Assembly (NCBI GenBank): GCA_028864975.1 | Contig: JAGWLG010000002.1 | Location: forward strand, 125,481-189,480 | Length of the DNA stretch: 64,000 bases | DNA from: Thermoplasmata archaeon | GTDB lineage: Archaea > Thermoplasmatota > Thermoplasmata > Lutacidiplasmatales > UBA184 | Direction of reading: 5' to 3' | Shown: positions 55,478 through 63,919 of the stretch, piece by piece | Numbering within the stretch: the stretch's first letter is position 1 | Layout: each line of letters begins with the position of its first letter | Notes under the pieces: generated by a model | Databases searched by the model: none | Told to the model about the DNA's origin: nothing | What the model saw: only the letters and a program-made list of their open reading frames with translations | Program-made: the position numbers and the translations under genes

Positions 55478-57192
55478 CCTCTACGGCTCCCGGTTCGCGC
55501 GGGCCGGCGCGTCGCGGCCTCTTCGAGGTCGGGCGGCGCGGAGTGCGTTCCGGGCTCCGCTGGAGCTCCCCCCTGATCGTCCGCAGGTTCCCCCAGGAGG
55601 TGGCGGCCCCCGCGTTGGGCCCTCTGGGGAGCAGCGACCTCCGCGTCCGTACGACCGTTCGCCTACGCTGCGAGGAGCAGGGCCCGGCGTTGCACCGGGT
55701 ACAGGAGGACCGTGCCCATGTGGAGGCGGAGCTGGCGACCCTAGGTTCCCGGGCCGACCCCCGCTCAGCGGTCCTTCGGCAGGAAGCCGCGGGCCTCGAG
55801 CATTTCGAGGAAGCCCTCGCGTCTCGCCGGACGCGGCTATGGGATGTGGTCGTCGCCTTCGAAGGGTGGGGTCGCTCCGAACAGGAAGCCGTCCGGGCCG
55901 TCTCGCCGCTCCGTGAAGCTCTCCATGCTCGAGGGTTCCGCTTCCACGCCACCGACTTCCAGGCGGAGGCGCTGTGCGTGGCCCCACGCCCCCTCGGACC
56001 GGCGCCGAGCGAGCTCTTCCATGCGCTCCCCGAAGAGGGCGTGGCTGCGCTACTTCCTCTCTGGGAGGACCGGCTTGAGGAACGCGGGGGCGTGCTGGTG
56101 GGGCTCCACGCGATGCATGGGACGCCGATCTTCTTGGACCGGTTCCAGCACCCGAGCCATTCTTCGGCCATCTTTGGGGAGACCGGGAGCGGCAAGAGCT
56201 ACGCGAGCGCGCTCGGTTGGATCCGCCTTCGCTGGTTCCGGCCCGACCTTTCGGTCTTCGTCCTGGACCCTCTCGGGGGATTGGCTCACGTGGTCTCCGA
56301 GCTGGGGGGCTCGCTCTTTCGGGCGGGCGATGGGGCCCTCGCCCTGAACCCGTTGGACCCCGCGACGACGGGCGGGGACGTACGGGTCAAGGCCGCCCAG
56401 GTGGGGGTCATGTTCCGGGCGCTCTTCCCGTCGCTCGCGGACGAGGAGGTCGCGCTCCTCGATACCACGCTCTCCAAGCTCTACGACTCGGGCGGAACGA
56501 AGGTCCCGCTGCTACGGGACCTCGTCGGGCGCCTGGAAGGCCTGCAGCCACGCCCGGCCCGCCTCCTCACGCTGCTCGAGCGAGCGACGCGGGGGTCGTT
56601 GCGAGGCCTGGACCGGCCGACGAACCTGGACCTCTCGTCACGGCTCTTGGGCTTCGACCTCTCCGCGGTCACGGCCGAAGAGCTTCCGTTCTTCCTGACC
56701 CTGCTCCTCGACCTGGTCTATGGTGAGGTACGTCGCCGCCCCGGACCCAAGATCGTGGTCCTCGACGAGGCGCACTACCTGGCACGCGCTCCCGCGACCG
56801 CGGCGTTCCTCGACCATCTGGTGCGGCACGTCCGGCACTTCGAAGCCGGGATCGAGCTCCTGAGCCAAGACCCCGAGGATTTCCTAAGGGAAGAGACGGG
56901 CCGGACGATCCTCCAGAACTTGGACTCGGTCTTGTTGTTTCGGCTCAAGGACGGTGGAGAGGCCATCGCCCCTTTGCTCGGGCTCCACGAAGGGGAGCTC
57001 GACTTCCTTCGTCAAGCGGCCCTGCCGGGCTCCGCGGGATACTCCCAGGGGATCCTGCGGACCGCAGCGCTCCACCTTCCGCTCGCGGTCATCTCCTCGG
57101 AAGCGGAGGACCGGCTGCTCCGCAGGGCATTCGCTCGGGAAAGGACCTCGAGCGGACCCAGGTCCGCGGGTCGGCCCCTCACTCCGGAGTGA
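55474..57192 (+). CDS. virB4: VirB4-like secretion/conjugation ATPase (572 aa)
   Basis: PIFLDRF..HSAIFGETGSGKS (Walker A), FVLDPLG, LNPLD, GFDLS, IVVLDEAH (Walker B), RHVRHF..LLSQDPEDF. ATG 55474 in an ATGA overlap. Confidence 0.85.
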   Translation: MTSTAPGSRGPARRGLFEVGRRGVRSGLRWSSPLIVRRFPQEVAAPALGPLGSSDLRVRTTVRLRCEEQGPALHRVQEDRAHVEAELATLGSRADPRSAVLRQEAAGLEHFEEALASRRTRLWDVVVAFEGWGRSEQEAVRAVSPLREALHARGFRFHATDFQAEALCVAPRPLGPAPSELFHALPEEGVAALLPLWEDRLEERGGVLVGLHAMHGTPIFLDRFQHPSHSSAIFGETGSGKSYASALGWIRLRWFRPDLSVFVLDPLGGLAHVVSELGGSLFRAGDGALALNPLDPATTGGDVRVKAAQVGVMFRALFPSLADEEVALLDTTLSKLYDSGGTKVPLLRDLVGRLEGLQPRPARLLTLLERATRGSLRGLDRPTNLDLSSRLLGFDLSAVTAEELPFFLTLLLDLVYGEVRRRPGPKIVVLDEAHYLARAPATAAFLDHLVRHVRHFEAGIELLSQDPEDFLREETGRTILQNLDSVLLFRLKDGGEAIAPLLGLHEGELDFLRQAALPGSAGYSQGILRTAALHLPLAVISSEAEDRLLRRAFARERTSSGPRSAGRPLTPE

Positions 57193-58714
57193 AGGAGAGC
57201 CCAATGGTGGCGACCGTGAGGTAGATCCCGGCGTCCACGAAGGGGATGGAAACCTCGCAGGAGTTGTATCCGTCGTAGGAGACGAAGCAGTTATGGATGT
57301 AGGGGCGGGATGTAACGACCGAGGAGTATGACTTCGCCCATGTCGACCAGGCCCCTGCGAAATTCGTTGTGACGTTAAGATACTGTGGATTGGTCAAAAT
57401 GTAGTTCCCGTTCCCGAGGTTCGTCGGGCTCCCCGTAGGGAAGAAGACCGAGTTCTCCGAGACCAGCCAAGTCTTCACCCCGACGACCCCCTGGCCCTGC
57501 TCAACGGTCAGGTTCTGGATCTGGAAATCGACGATCGTGAGGTTCGCATCGAATCCAGTTCCTCCGCTGTTGGACGGGAAGACGCTCAAGAGCGGGCCGG
57601 AAAGCATCGTCGAGTCGTTGATCGGGTTCCCGACGATGAGCCCTCCTTCCTCGTAGTTGACCGAGACCACAGGACTGTACCGGTTGTTGAGCCGTGCCGA
57701 CAAACCCCCGTAGTTGCCGGCGTTCAGGTTGTTCACGTAGTTCAGGTACCAGGCACAACTGAGCGCCTTAGAGATGTTCTGGAAGGCCACCTGTCCGTGG
57801 CAGCCGGCCTTGCACGTTGGAGGTCGGAGGTTGTAAGCGGAGTTCCAGCCGTTAGCGTTGAACCAAGTGATGTTCTGGACGTTCTTGTTCCCCGAGGTGA
57901 AAGTGACGTTGTACGTGTCGCTGTTCGAGAGGTTCTGGAGCGGGCACCGGATTGTCCCGTTCGTGAATCCGATGAAGGTTGTGTTTGCCTGCTTCCCGCA
58001 GGAGCCGCCTCCGCCAATCGTGGCATTGTAGGAATTGCGCTGACCGAAAATGTAGATGTTCGGGGCGCCGCAACCTCCCTTATACAGGAAGTTGAAGAAA
58101 TTATAGTCGCCCTCCACGATGATCTGGATGAATTGGAAGTTCGAGCTCGGCATCGTCAAGTTGATGACGTTGTGGCTCCCGGTGAAGTTGGCGTAGTAGC
58201 AATTGCCCGCTCCATTCAGGTTGATGTTCCAGCCCGAGTTTGTCCCGGAGAAGTTGTAGGAGAACGCTGGGCTGCACTTCGATTGGCTAGGCTGGTTGCA
58301 CGATCCCCCTGTGATGATGGGACAGAGGTTCCCCTGTCCCCAGCTCGGAGGAAAGTACCCGATCTGACCGAACGACATCCCGAAGGTGGCGTTCTCAGCC
58401 CTCGCTGTAGGGGGAGACAGGATACCACCGGATGCGGGTCCGAACGGAGGCACGCTGCCGCTCCCCAAGGTGATTGGTGTCGTCATGACGACGTGCTGGT
58501 TGGGGTGCGCGATCTCGGCGTAGATGTCGCCCTGGAGCTCGCGGAACTCGTTCTCGACCTGGAGGGTGTGCTGGTACTCGGCCGCTTCCATCTGCGCGGG
58601 GAACTGGACCGCGAGGTAGCTCGCCAGCATGATCGCGACGAGGAGGATCGTGAACATGGTGCCTACCGCGCTTGCGACTCCACGTCGGGAGCTCTCGATC
58701 CTTCGGCGGATCAT
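57179..58714 (-). CDS. Archaeal type IV pilin-like protein (DUF7289-like) with Asn/Cys-rich beta-solenoid insert
   Basis: Class III signal RRG/VASAVGTMFTILLVAIMLASYL, then PAQMEAAEYQHTLQVENEF; many N-x-S/T sequons. ATG 58714. Confidence 0.7.
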   Translation of the reverse strand: MIRRRIESSRRGVASAVGTMFTILLVAIMLASYLAVQFPAQMEAAEYQHTLQVENEFRELQGDIYAEIAHPNQHVVMTTPITLGSGSVPPFGPASGGILSPPTARAENATFGMSFGQIGYFPPSWGQGNLCPIITGGSCNQPSQSKCSPAFSYNFSGTNSGWNINLNGAGNCYYANFTGSHNVINLTMPSSNFQFIQIIVEGDYNFFNFLYKGGCGAPNIYIFGQRNSYNATIGGGGSCGKQANTTFIGFTNGTIRCPLQNLSNSDTYNVTFTSGNKNVQNITWFNANGWNSAYNLRPPTCKAGCHGQVAFQNISKALSCAWYLNYVNNLNAGNYGGLSARLNNRYSPVVSVNYEEGGLIVGNPINDSTMLSGPLLSVFPSNSGGTGFDANLTIVDFQIQNLTVEQGQGVVGVKTWLVSENSVFFPTGSPTNLGNGNYILTNPQYLNVTTNFAGAWSTWAKSYSSVVTSRPYIHNCFVSYDGYNSCEVSIPFVDAGIYLTVATIGLSFTPE

Positions 58715-59049
58715 CCGCGACGAGGTCCGGTTCAAACGCACGGCCACCTCAGCGTCACCCCCGCTGAGTGACCTGACCTCCGGTGGATAGGCCCTCGAGG
58801 ACGACCCCCCGATCCGATGGCCGCTCCGTCTGGCGTCGAGCATGTCTCCTGTCCGTCGCAGGGAGCCCGCAAAACGGCCTACGGGGTTCCCGCTAAGAGT
58901 AGGTACCTTTCCACCGCTATTTGAAACGAGCGAGCGGCCTCTGTACGGATTCCCTGCGCCTTTGGGGGAGTCGGCTCTCCCGTTCTCTCCCTCCCTCGGC
59001 TATTTGGGCATGCGCCTCCCTCCCGGTCCCGCAGAGAGCCCTCGAACCC

Positions 59050-60546
59050 ATGGAGGACGACTACGCCGTCCTCGGACTCCGTCCGAGCGCATCGCCCGGA
59101 GAGGTCCGGGCGGCCTACCGTCGGCTCGCGAGACGCTACCACCCGGACGCGCACCACGCCGAGGGTCCGAAGGCCGCCGCTTCCAACCGCGCACGGTTCG
59201 AGGAGGTCACCGAGGCCTATCTGCGGATCAAGGAGGGGCACCCCCGTCGCGCCCCGGCTCCGAGCTCCTCCGAACCCCGGACGCGTCGGGCCCCGTCCCC
59301 ACCGCCCCGCACCTCCCCCATCCCCTCCCCGCCCGCCCCAGAAACGCGGGTCTTCCGTCGGCTGCCCCTGGACCCGACCATCCCGTTCGACTGGGCGGGG
59401 TGGGGGGGGAAGGAGGGGGCGCACGCCTCCCTGGGGGACGCGTTCGCCCGGGGCAGCCCGTTCGTCGCGCTCAAGGTCGAGCGCGAGGAGAACGCGGGGG
59501 ACGTCAACTCGTTCCTCGACCTTACGGTCCGGGAGTCGCTCTTGGGAGCGGTCAAACGCGTGGTCCTGCTCGACGAGCAGCAGTGCCGCGCATGCGGAGG
59601 GAGTGGCAAAGGTGGAGAGTCCCGCCAACTCCCTTGTGCTGCCTGCGGAGGGACGGGACGCCGGGAAGAGAGCCGGCTCGGGGGTGCTTGGAAGAGCATC
59701 GACCGGTGCACTCATTGCGGAGGCACGGGGAAGGTGACCCGGGAGGAGTGCGACGTCTGCGGAGGGAAGGGCCGAGAGTCCCGCCACGACATGGTGATGG
59801 TCGAGATCCCCCCGGGGTCACCCCCCGGGCGACGGCTACGTCTCCAGGGATTGGGCCGGTGGGATGCTGCCCGCAATCAGCGGGGAGACTACTACCTCAC
59901 CCTCGCGCTCGCCGAAGGGCCCGAGGCCTGGCACGAGGCAGGGGCGCAGCACATGGCCTTCCCGGTCCCCCAGACGATCCTCTCGCGCGGTGGCCAGGTC
60001 GTCGTCCCAGGACGGAACGGTCCTCTTCTCGTCCCCGTGGCCGCGGGGACCACCGACGGGGAGACGGTCCGTCTTCCCCATGCCGGCCCCCGCCTCCCTC
60101 CGGATGGCGCTTCGGGGGCGTTGGTCCTCCATCTGAGGGCGGTGGAGGACCCCGGGGACCTGCCGGGGATGTCGGTCACCATCCCCGCCTTCCTGCGGAA
60201 GGCGGTCCCGACGCAGCCGGGGGAGCGGATGGTCGCGGCCTGGTCGGCCTACCTGGACTCTCCGAAGAACCCGGGATTCCTCATCGTGACCAGTCAGAAG
60301 CTGGTCTTCCTCAGCAAGGAGAACCTCGAGGGGGTAGGGATGGAGTGGTTCGCTCCGGTGAGCCGGCTCGCCCTCCAGCCCATCGAGGTCCCTCCGAACG
60401 TCCCCCGCGACCGCACCGCGCTCTGGGCCGTGACCATTGCGGGCCGTCGGGTCTTCCTGCGCCGGACGCTCGCCCAGATCGAGAAGATCCACGCGATGCT
60501 CGAGGAGCTCCGTCGTGAGAGCTCCTACGGGCCCTCCGGGGCCTAG
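59050..60546 (+). CDS. dnaJ: DnaJ-like co-chaperone (J domain, 4x CxxCxGxG, CTD) fused to a C-terminal PH-like domain
   Basis: DDYAVLGL..AYRRLARRYHPD; CRACGGSG, CAACGGTG, CTHCGGTG, CDVCGGKG; extra C-terminal GFLIVTSQKLVF domain. ATG 59050. Confidence 0.8.
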   Translation: MEDDYAVLGLRPSASPGEVRAAYRRLARRYHPDAHHAEGPKAAASNRARFEEVTEAYLRIKEGHPRRAPAPSSSEPRTRRAPSPPPRTSPIPSPPAPETRVFRRLPLDPTIPFDWAGWGGKEGAHASLGDAFARGSPFVALKVEREENAGDVNSFLDLTVRESLLGAVKRVVLLDEQQCRACGGSGKGGESRQLPCAACGGTGRREESRLGGAWKSIDRCTHCGGTGKVTREECDVCGGKGRESRHDMVMVEIPPGSPPGRRLRLQGLGRWDAARNQRGDYYLTLALAEGPEAWHEAGAQHMAFPVPQTILSRGGQVVVPGRNGPLLVPVAAGTTDGETVRLPHAGPRLPPDGASGALVLHLRAVEDPGDLPGMSVTIPAFLRKAVPTQPGERMVAAWSAYLDSPKNPGFLIVTSQKLVFLSKENLEGVGMEWFAPVSRLALQPIEVPPNVPRDRTALWAVTIAGRRVFLRRTLAQIEKIHAMLEELRRESSYGPSGA

Positions 60547-60549
60547 GAC

Positions 60550-60996
60550 CTAGTCGCGGGATTCGGCGTGCGGCGAGCCGCCAGCTGCCCCCTCAGCCGG
60601 GGGCCGTCGAGCGCGTTCGATCGCCTGTTCGATCGTGCGGATCAGGATCTCGCGGTTGTAGGTCCCCTTGACCAGATAGTCGCTCGCACCGCATTCGAGC
60701 GCGTCCAGGACCATCTCCCGGTCGTCGAGGGCTGTCAGGACGACCACGGGGACGTGCGGAGCGCGCTTGCGGAGCGTCTTCAAGGTCTCGAGGCCCTGGC
60801 TGTCCGGGAGCCCCAGGTCCAGCAGGATGACCTCGACGGGACCGACCTTGATCCGGTTCAGCGCCTCTTTCAGCCGCTCGACGTGCAGGAGCGTGAACCG
60901 GCCCGACGGCTCTCCCTCGAGAGCAAGCTGGACGAGCCGCGTGTAGCCCAGGTCATCCTCCACGAGGAGGGCCCGGACCCTTCCTTCGACGACCAT
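60550..60996 (-). CDS. Stand-alone response regulator receiver protein
   Basis: LLVEDD, ILLDLGLPDSQG, VVLTA, YLVKG. TGATG overlap with the upstream gene. Confidence 0.9.
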   Translation of the reverse strand: MVVEGRVRALLVEDDLGYTRLVQLALEGEPSGRFTLLHVERLKEALNRIKVGPVEVILLDLGLPDSQGLETLKTLRKRAPHVPVVVLTALDDREMVLDALECGASDYLVKGTYNREILIRTIEQAIERARRPPAEGAAGGSPHAESRD

Positions 60997-61463
60997 CAAC
61001 CCCCCTTGGGCTCCCCGTCGACTCCCGGGAGCTCGACGACGGTGAACCAGAAGTTCTCGATCCGCCTGACGACGTCGTGGAACTGCTGGAAGTCCACGGG
61101 CTTGCGGACGTAACAGTTGGCGTGGTGCTTGTAGGCCCGCACGATGTCCTCCTCCGCCTGGGAAGAGGTGAGGATGACGACAGGGATGTCCTTGAGAGCC
61201 GGGTCCTCCTTCATCGTGCTCAACACCTCTCGACCGTCCTTGCGTGGCATGTTGAGGTCCAGGAAGAGGATCCCCGGTCGCGGGGCCTGAGCATACTTCC
61301 CTCGACGGTAGAGGAAGTCCAGCGCTTCGACCCCGTCGGAGACGGAGTGGACCTCGGTCAGGACCTTGCTGTCCTTGAGGACCTCTTTCACCAGTCGCAC
61401 GTCGGCCGCGTTGTCCTCCGCGAGGAGGATCTGGATGGGCACTCCCATGGTTGTCGCCTTCAT
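60996..61463 (-). CDS. Stand-alone response regulator (Rcp1-like)
   Basis: ILLAEDNAADV, LFLDLNMPRKDGREVL, VILTSS, ANCYVRKP. Confidence 0.92.
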   Translation of the reverse strand: MKATTMGVPIQILLAEDNAADVRLVKEVLKDSKVLTEVHSVSDGVEALDFLYRRGKYAQAPRPGILFLDLNMPRKDGREVLSTMKEDPALKDIPVVILTSSQAEEDIVRAYKHHANCYVRKPVDFQQFHDVVRRIENFWFTVVELPGVDGEPKGG

Positions 61464-61601
61464 TCGCTACTCCCCTTCAGCATCGTAGAGCTCGTAAGTA
61501 CCGCGTAACCCCGCGGGAGAGGGGGAAGGGGCGTCCATCTCGGTCCAGGGACGAACCCATGGACCCCGCCCTTCGGGGCGTAGGTCGCGACCTTCACGAG
61601 C

Positions 61602-62390
61602 TCACGCCCCTACCTCCAGCGCAGGCGGATTCAGGTCGAACCTCGTGCGGACCCACTCTGGGGGCCGGAACGCCATGAGGATCGCAAGGGCCGCCACGAC
61701 GCCGGTCGTGCGAGTGAACACGAGCCCGGCGAGACTGCCCGAAGCTCCGACGAGGGCTAGGATCGAAGAGGAGCCCAGCCATCCCAGGAGCCCCCCGCCG
61801 ACCATCAGGATCCGGAACCTCACGGTGCGGTCCGTGGTGCGGCGATAGAGGGTGAGGTAGAGGACGGCACCCACGATCTCCGGCAACAACAGGAAGGCGA
61901 GCAACAGGTCGAGCGCGGCCCCTCCACCGGTCGTGATGAAGTTCAGGCTCACCGAGCCATCGACGACCGAGACGGCCCCCGCCGCTCCGTTCGTGGCCAC
62001 GTAGTCGACCAGGCGTGCCGTGACGAACGACGAGAGCAGCACGTAGTACACCACGTAGACCAGCGTCAAGGGGAGGAGGTGGTACCTCCCGGTGAAGACG
62101 AAGATCAGGTATCCGACCAAGCCCCAGAGGGCAACGCAGATGACGGCCACGGTGAGCAGGAGCGCCGACGCGGCCACGTCGAGCCCGGGCGCGGCGAAGG
62201 CCGCGTAGAGGCTCTCCAGGCTCCCGATCAAGGTGGAGGCTGATAGCGCTCCCCACCACACGGCGAACTGCGTGTTGGCCACCCTCGAGGCCGCCGAGAC
62301 CTGCCGTCGCGAGAGGGTCCACGCAAGGACCGCGTAGATCCCCGCGGAGGCCAGGTCCCAGGAACCTGACACTAGCGCAGCCACGTTCAT
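61602..62390 (-). CDS. Stand-alone 7-TM membrane protein (receptor-like)
   Basis: Seven hydrophobic segments by eye; C-terminal FRPPEW; lies between the kinase and the receiver genes. Confidence 0.65.
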   Translation of the reverse strand: MNVAALVSGSWDLASAGIYAVLAWTLSRRQVSAASRVANTQFAVWWGALSASTLIGSLESLYAAFAAPGLDVAASALLLTVAVICVALWGLVGYLIFVFTGRYHLLPLTLVYVVYYVLLSSFVTARLVDYVATNGAAGAVSVVDGSVSLNFITTGGGAALDLLLAFLLLPEIVGAVLYLTLYRRTTDRTVRFRILMVGGGLLGWLGSSSILALVGASGSLAGLVFTRTTGVVAALAILMAFRPPEWVRTRFDLNPPALEVGA

Positions 62391-62402
62391 CGTGCGTGCC
62401 CC

Positions 62403-63830
62403 CTAGGCGAGCTCCTTCAGCCGCTGCTCGATGAGGCTCTCCGCGGCGACGGCGGGCCCTCGCGCCGGCGCCTCGAGGGCCGGACCATGCACCTCGGGCT
62501 TGGGAGCCTCGGCGGGGATCGTGAAATGGAACCGACAGCCTTTCCCCGGCTCCCCGGTGCTCTCGATCCAGATGCGGCCGGAATGATGGTCGGCGACCTT
62601 TCGTGCGATCGCGAGCCCGATCCCGCTACCGGGGAAGGCGTCTCGCGTGTGGAGCCGCTGGAACATCACGAAGACCCGCTCCTGGAACTCGGGAGCGATG
62701 CCGATGCCGTGATCCTCCACGGTGAACTGCCAATCGGGGCCCACGCGCGCCGCGGTCGTACGGACCCACGGAGGCCCCGACCCGTGGAACTTGATCGCGT
62801 TCGAGATGAGGTTCTGCAGGAGCTGACGGACCTGGGTCCGGTCGGCCATGACGGTCGGTAGGTCCCCCCGGGAGACCTCCGCGTGGGCGGGTCCGATGGA
62901 CTCCCGCAGGTCGCGGAGCACCTCGTCGTGGACCTCGTTCATCGGTACAGGGCCCCGGGGGGTACCCTTCCTTCCCAGCCGCGAGTAGGTGAGGAGGTCA
63001 TCGATGAGCTGACGCATGCGTCGTGCCCCGTCCTGGGCGAAGTCTAGGAACTCGTTGGCATCCTTGTCCAGCTTCGCTCCGTAACGCATCTTCAGGAGCT
63101 CGGTGAAGCTCCCCACCATTCGAAGGGGTTCCTGGAGGTCGTGGGAGGCGGCGTAGGCGAACTGCTCCAGCTCCCGGTTCATCCGAGAGAGCTCTGCGCC
63201 GCGGGTCGCCAACGCTTCGATGAGCGCGACCCGCTCGGAGATGTCGCGCAGGTCGATCGCGAACACCTCCGAGTCTCCCACCTTCTCCCGGTGGACCCGC
63301 GCCGCTGCGGGGAACGTCGATCCGTCGGCGCGCAGGCCCGCGAAGTCCTCGCGGCTCTCTGAGGGGCCCTGGCCCATCTCGCGGAGGAGCGCCATGAAGG
63401 CGTCCCGCGAACCGGGGGCCAGGAGGTCGACGATCGGCTGGTCCCGCAAGGCGGAGGGGCTTCGTCCGAACACACGGCTCGCCGTCGCGTTCGCATAACG
63501 AATGCTCCCATCGGAGTTGACAAGGAATAGGGGCTCCGGTGCGAGGTCGACAAGGCGTTGCGCCTCCTGGAGGCCCCCCGGAGCGGCCTGCTGCCGCATG
63601 AGCGCCGCGCCAATGGCCATTCCCAGCACCATCAGGACCGAGGCGGCGACGAGGAGCCCCACGATGATGGACGTGACGCCGAGGTGGGTCTGGAGGAGGA
63701 TAACGGACAGGACGACCGACATCAGGCCGATCACCACCAACCCGAAAGCGACGTACGTCCCGAACGTCATCCATCGAGCGATGGAGTGGATCGACCCGGT
63801 CAAGCTCCACTCCCGTCGGATCGCCGTCAT
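62403..63830 (-). CDS. Membrane PAS-domain sensor histidine kinase (Cph1-like transmitter)
   Basis: Two N-terminal TMs; PAS (IRYANATA..DLLAP..GLRADGSTFP); ELEQFAYAASHDLQEPLR, QNLISNAIKF, DHGIGI, GSGIGL. Confidence 0.93.
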   Translation of the reverse strand: MTAIRREWSLTGSIHSIARWMTFGTYVAFGLVVIGLMSVVLSVILLQTHLGVTSIIVGLLVAASVLMVLGMAIGAALMRQQAAPGGLQEAQRLVDLAPEPLFLVNSDGSIRYANATASRVFGRSPSALRDQPIVDLLAPGSRDAFMALLREMGQGPSESREDFAGLRADGSTFPAAARVHREKVGDSEVFAIDLRDISERVALIEALATRGAELSRMNRELEQFAYAASHDLQEPLRMVGSFTELLKMRYGAKLDKDANEFLDFAQDGARRMRQLIDDLLTYSRLGRKGTPRGPVPMNEVHDEVLRDLRESIGPAHAEVSRGDLPTVMADRTQVRQLLQNLISNAIKFHGSGPPWVRTTAARVGPDWQFTVEDHGIGIAPEFQERVFVMFQRLHTRDAFPGSGIGLAIARKVADHHSGRIWIESTGEPGKGCRFHFTIPAEAPKPEVHGPALEAPARGPAVAAESLIEQRLKELA

Positions 63831-63909
63831 GAACGAGAGGAGGAGTACGTCGAGGCGATAGAGTAAGGGGTGGTTACCTCGAGGTTAGGGGTCGCAACTG
63901 AATAAGTGA

Positions 63910-63919
63910 GTTATATAAC
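63910..63919. promoter_or_regulatory. Palindromic TATA-like box GTTATATAAC
   Basis: Perfect 10-bp palindrome in an AT-rich intergenic patch upstream of the kinase operon. Confidence 0.5.

Noticed and set aside
47045-57192. Integrated conjugative plasmid, ICE or provirus
   Set aside because: No integrase, relaxase, Rep/primase, capsid gene, tRNA target or flanking direct repeat was seen, and composition matches the host. Cannot be excluded beyond the window.
55474-57192. HerA helicase of a HerA-NurA or defence system
   Set aside because: No HAS barrel and no nurA/SIR2 neighbour; the context of pilin, VirB6-like and PrgI-like genes supports VirB4.
61602-62390. Microbial rhodopsin
   Set aside because: Seven TMs, but no retinal-binding Lys (DxxxK) in helix 7.
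62403-63830. Phytochrome
   Set aside because: The transmitter is Cph1-like, but there is no GAF-PHY photosensory core, only TMs and one PAS domain.
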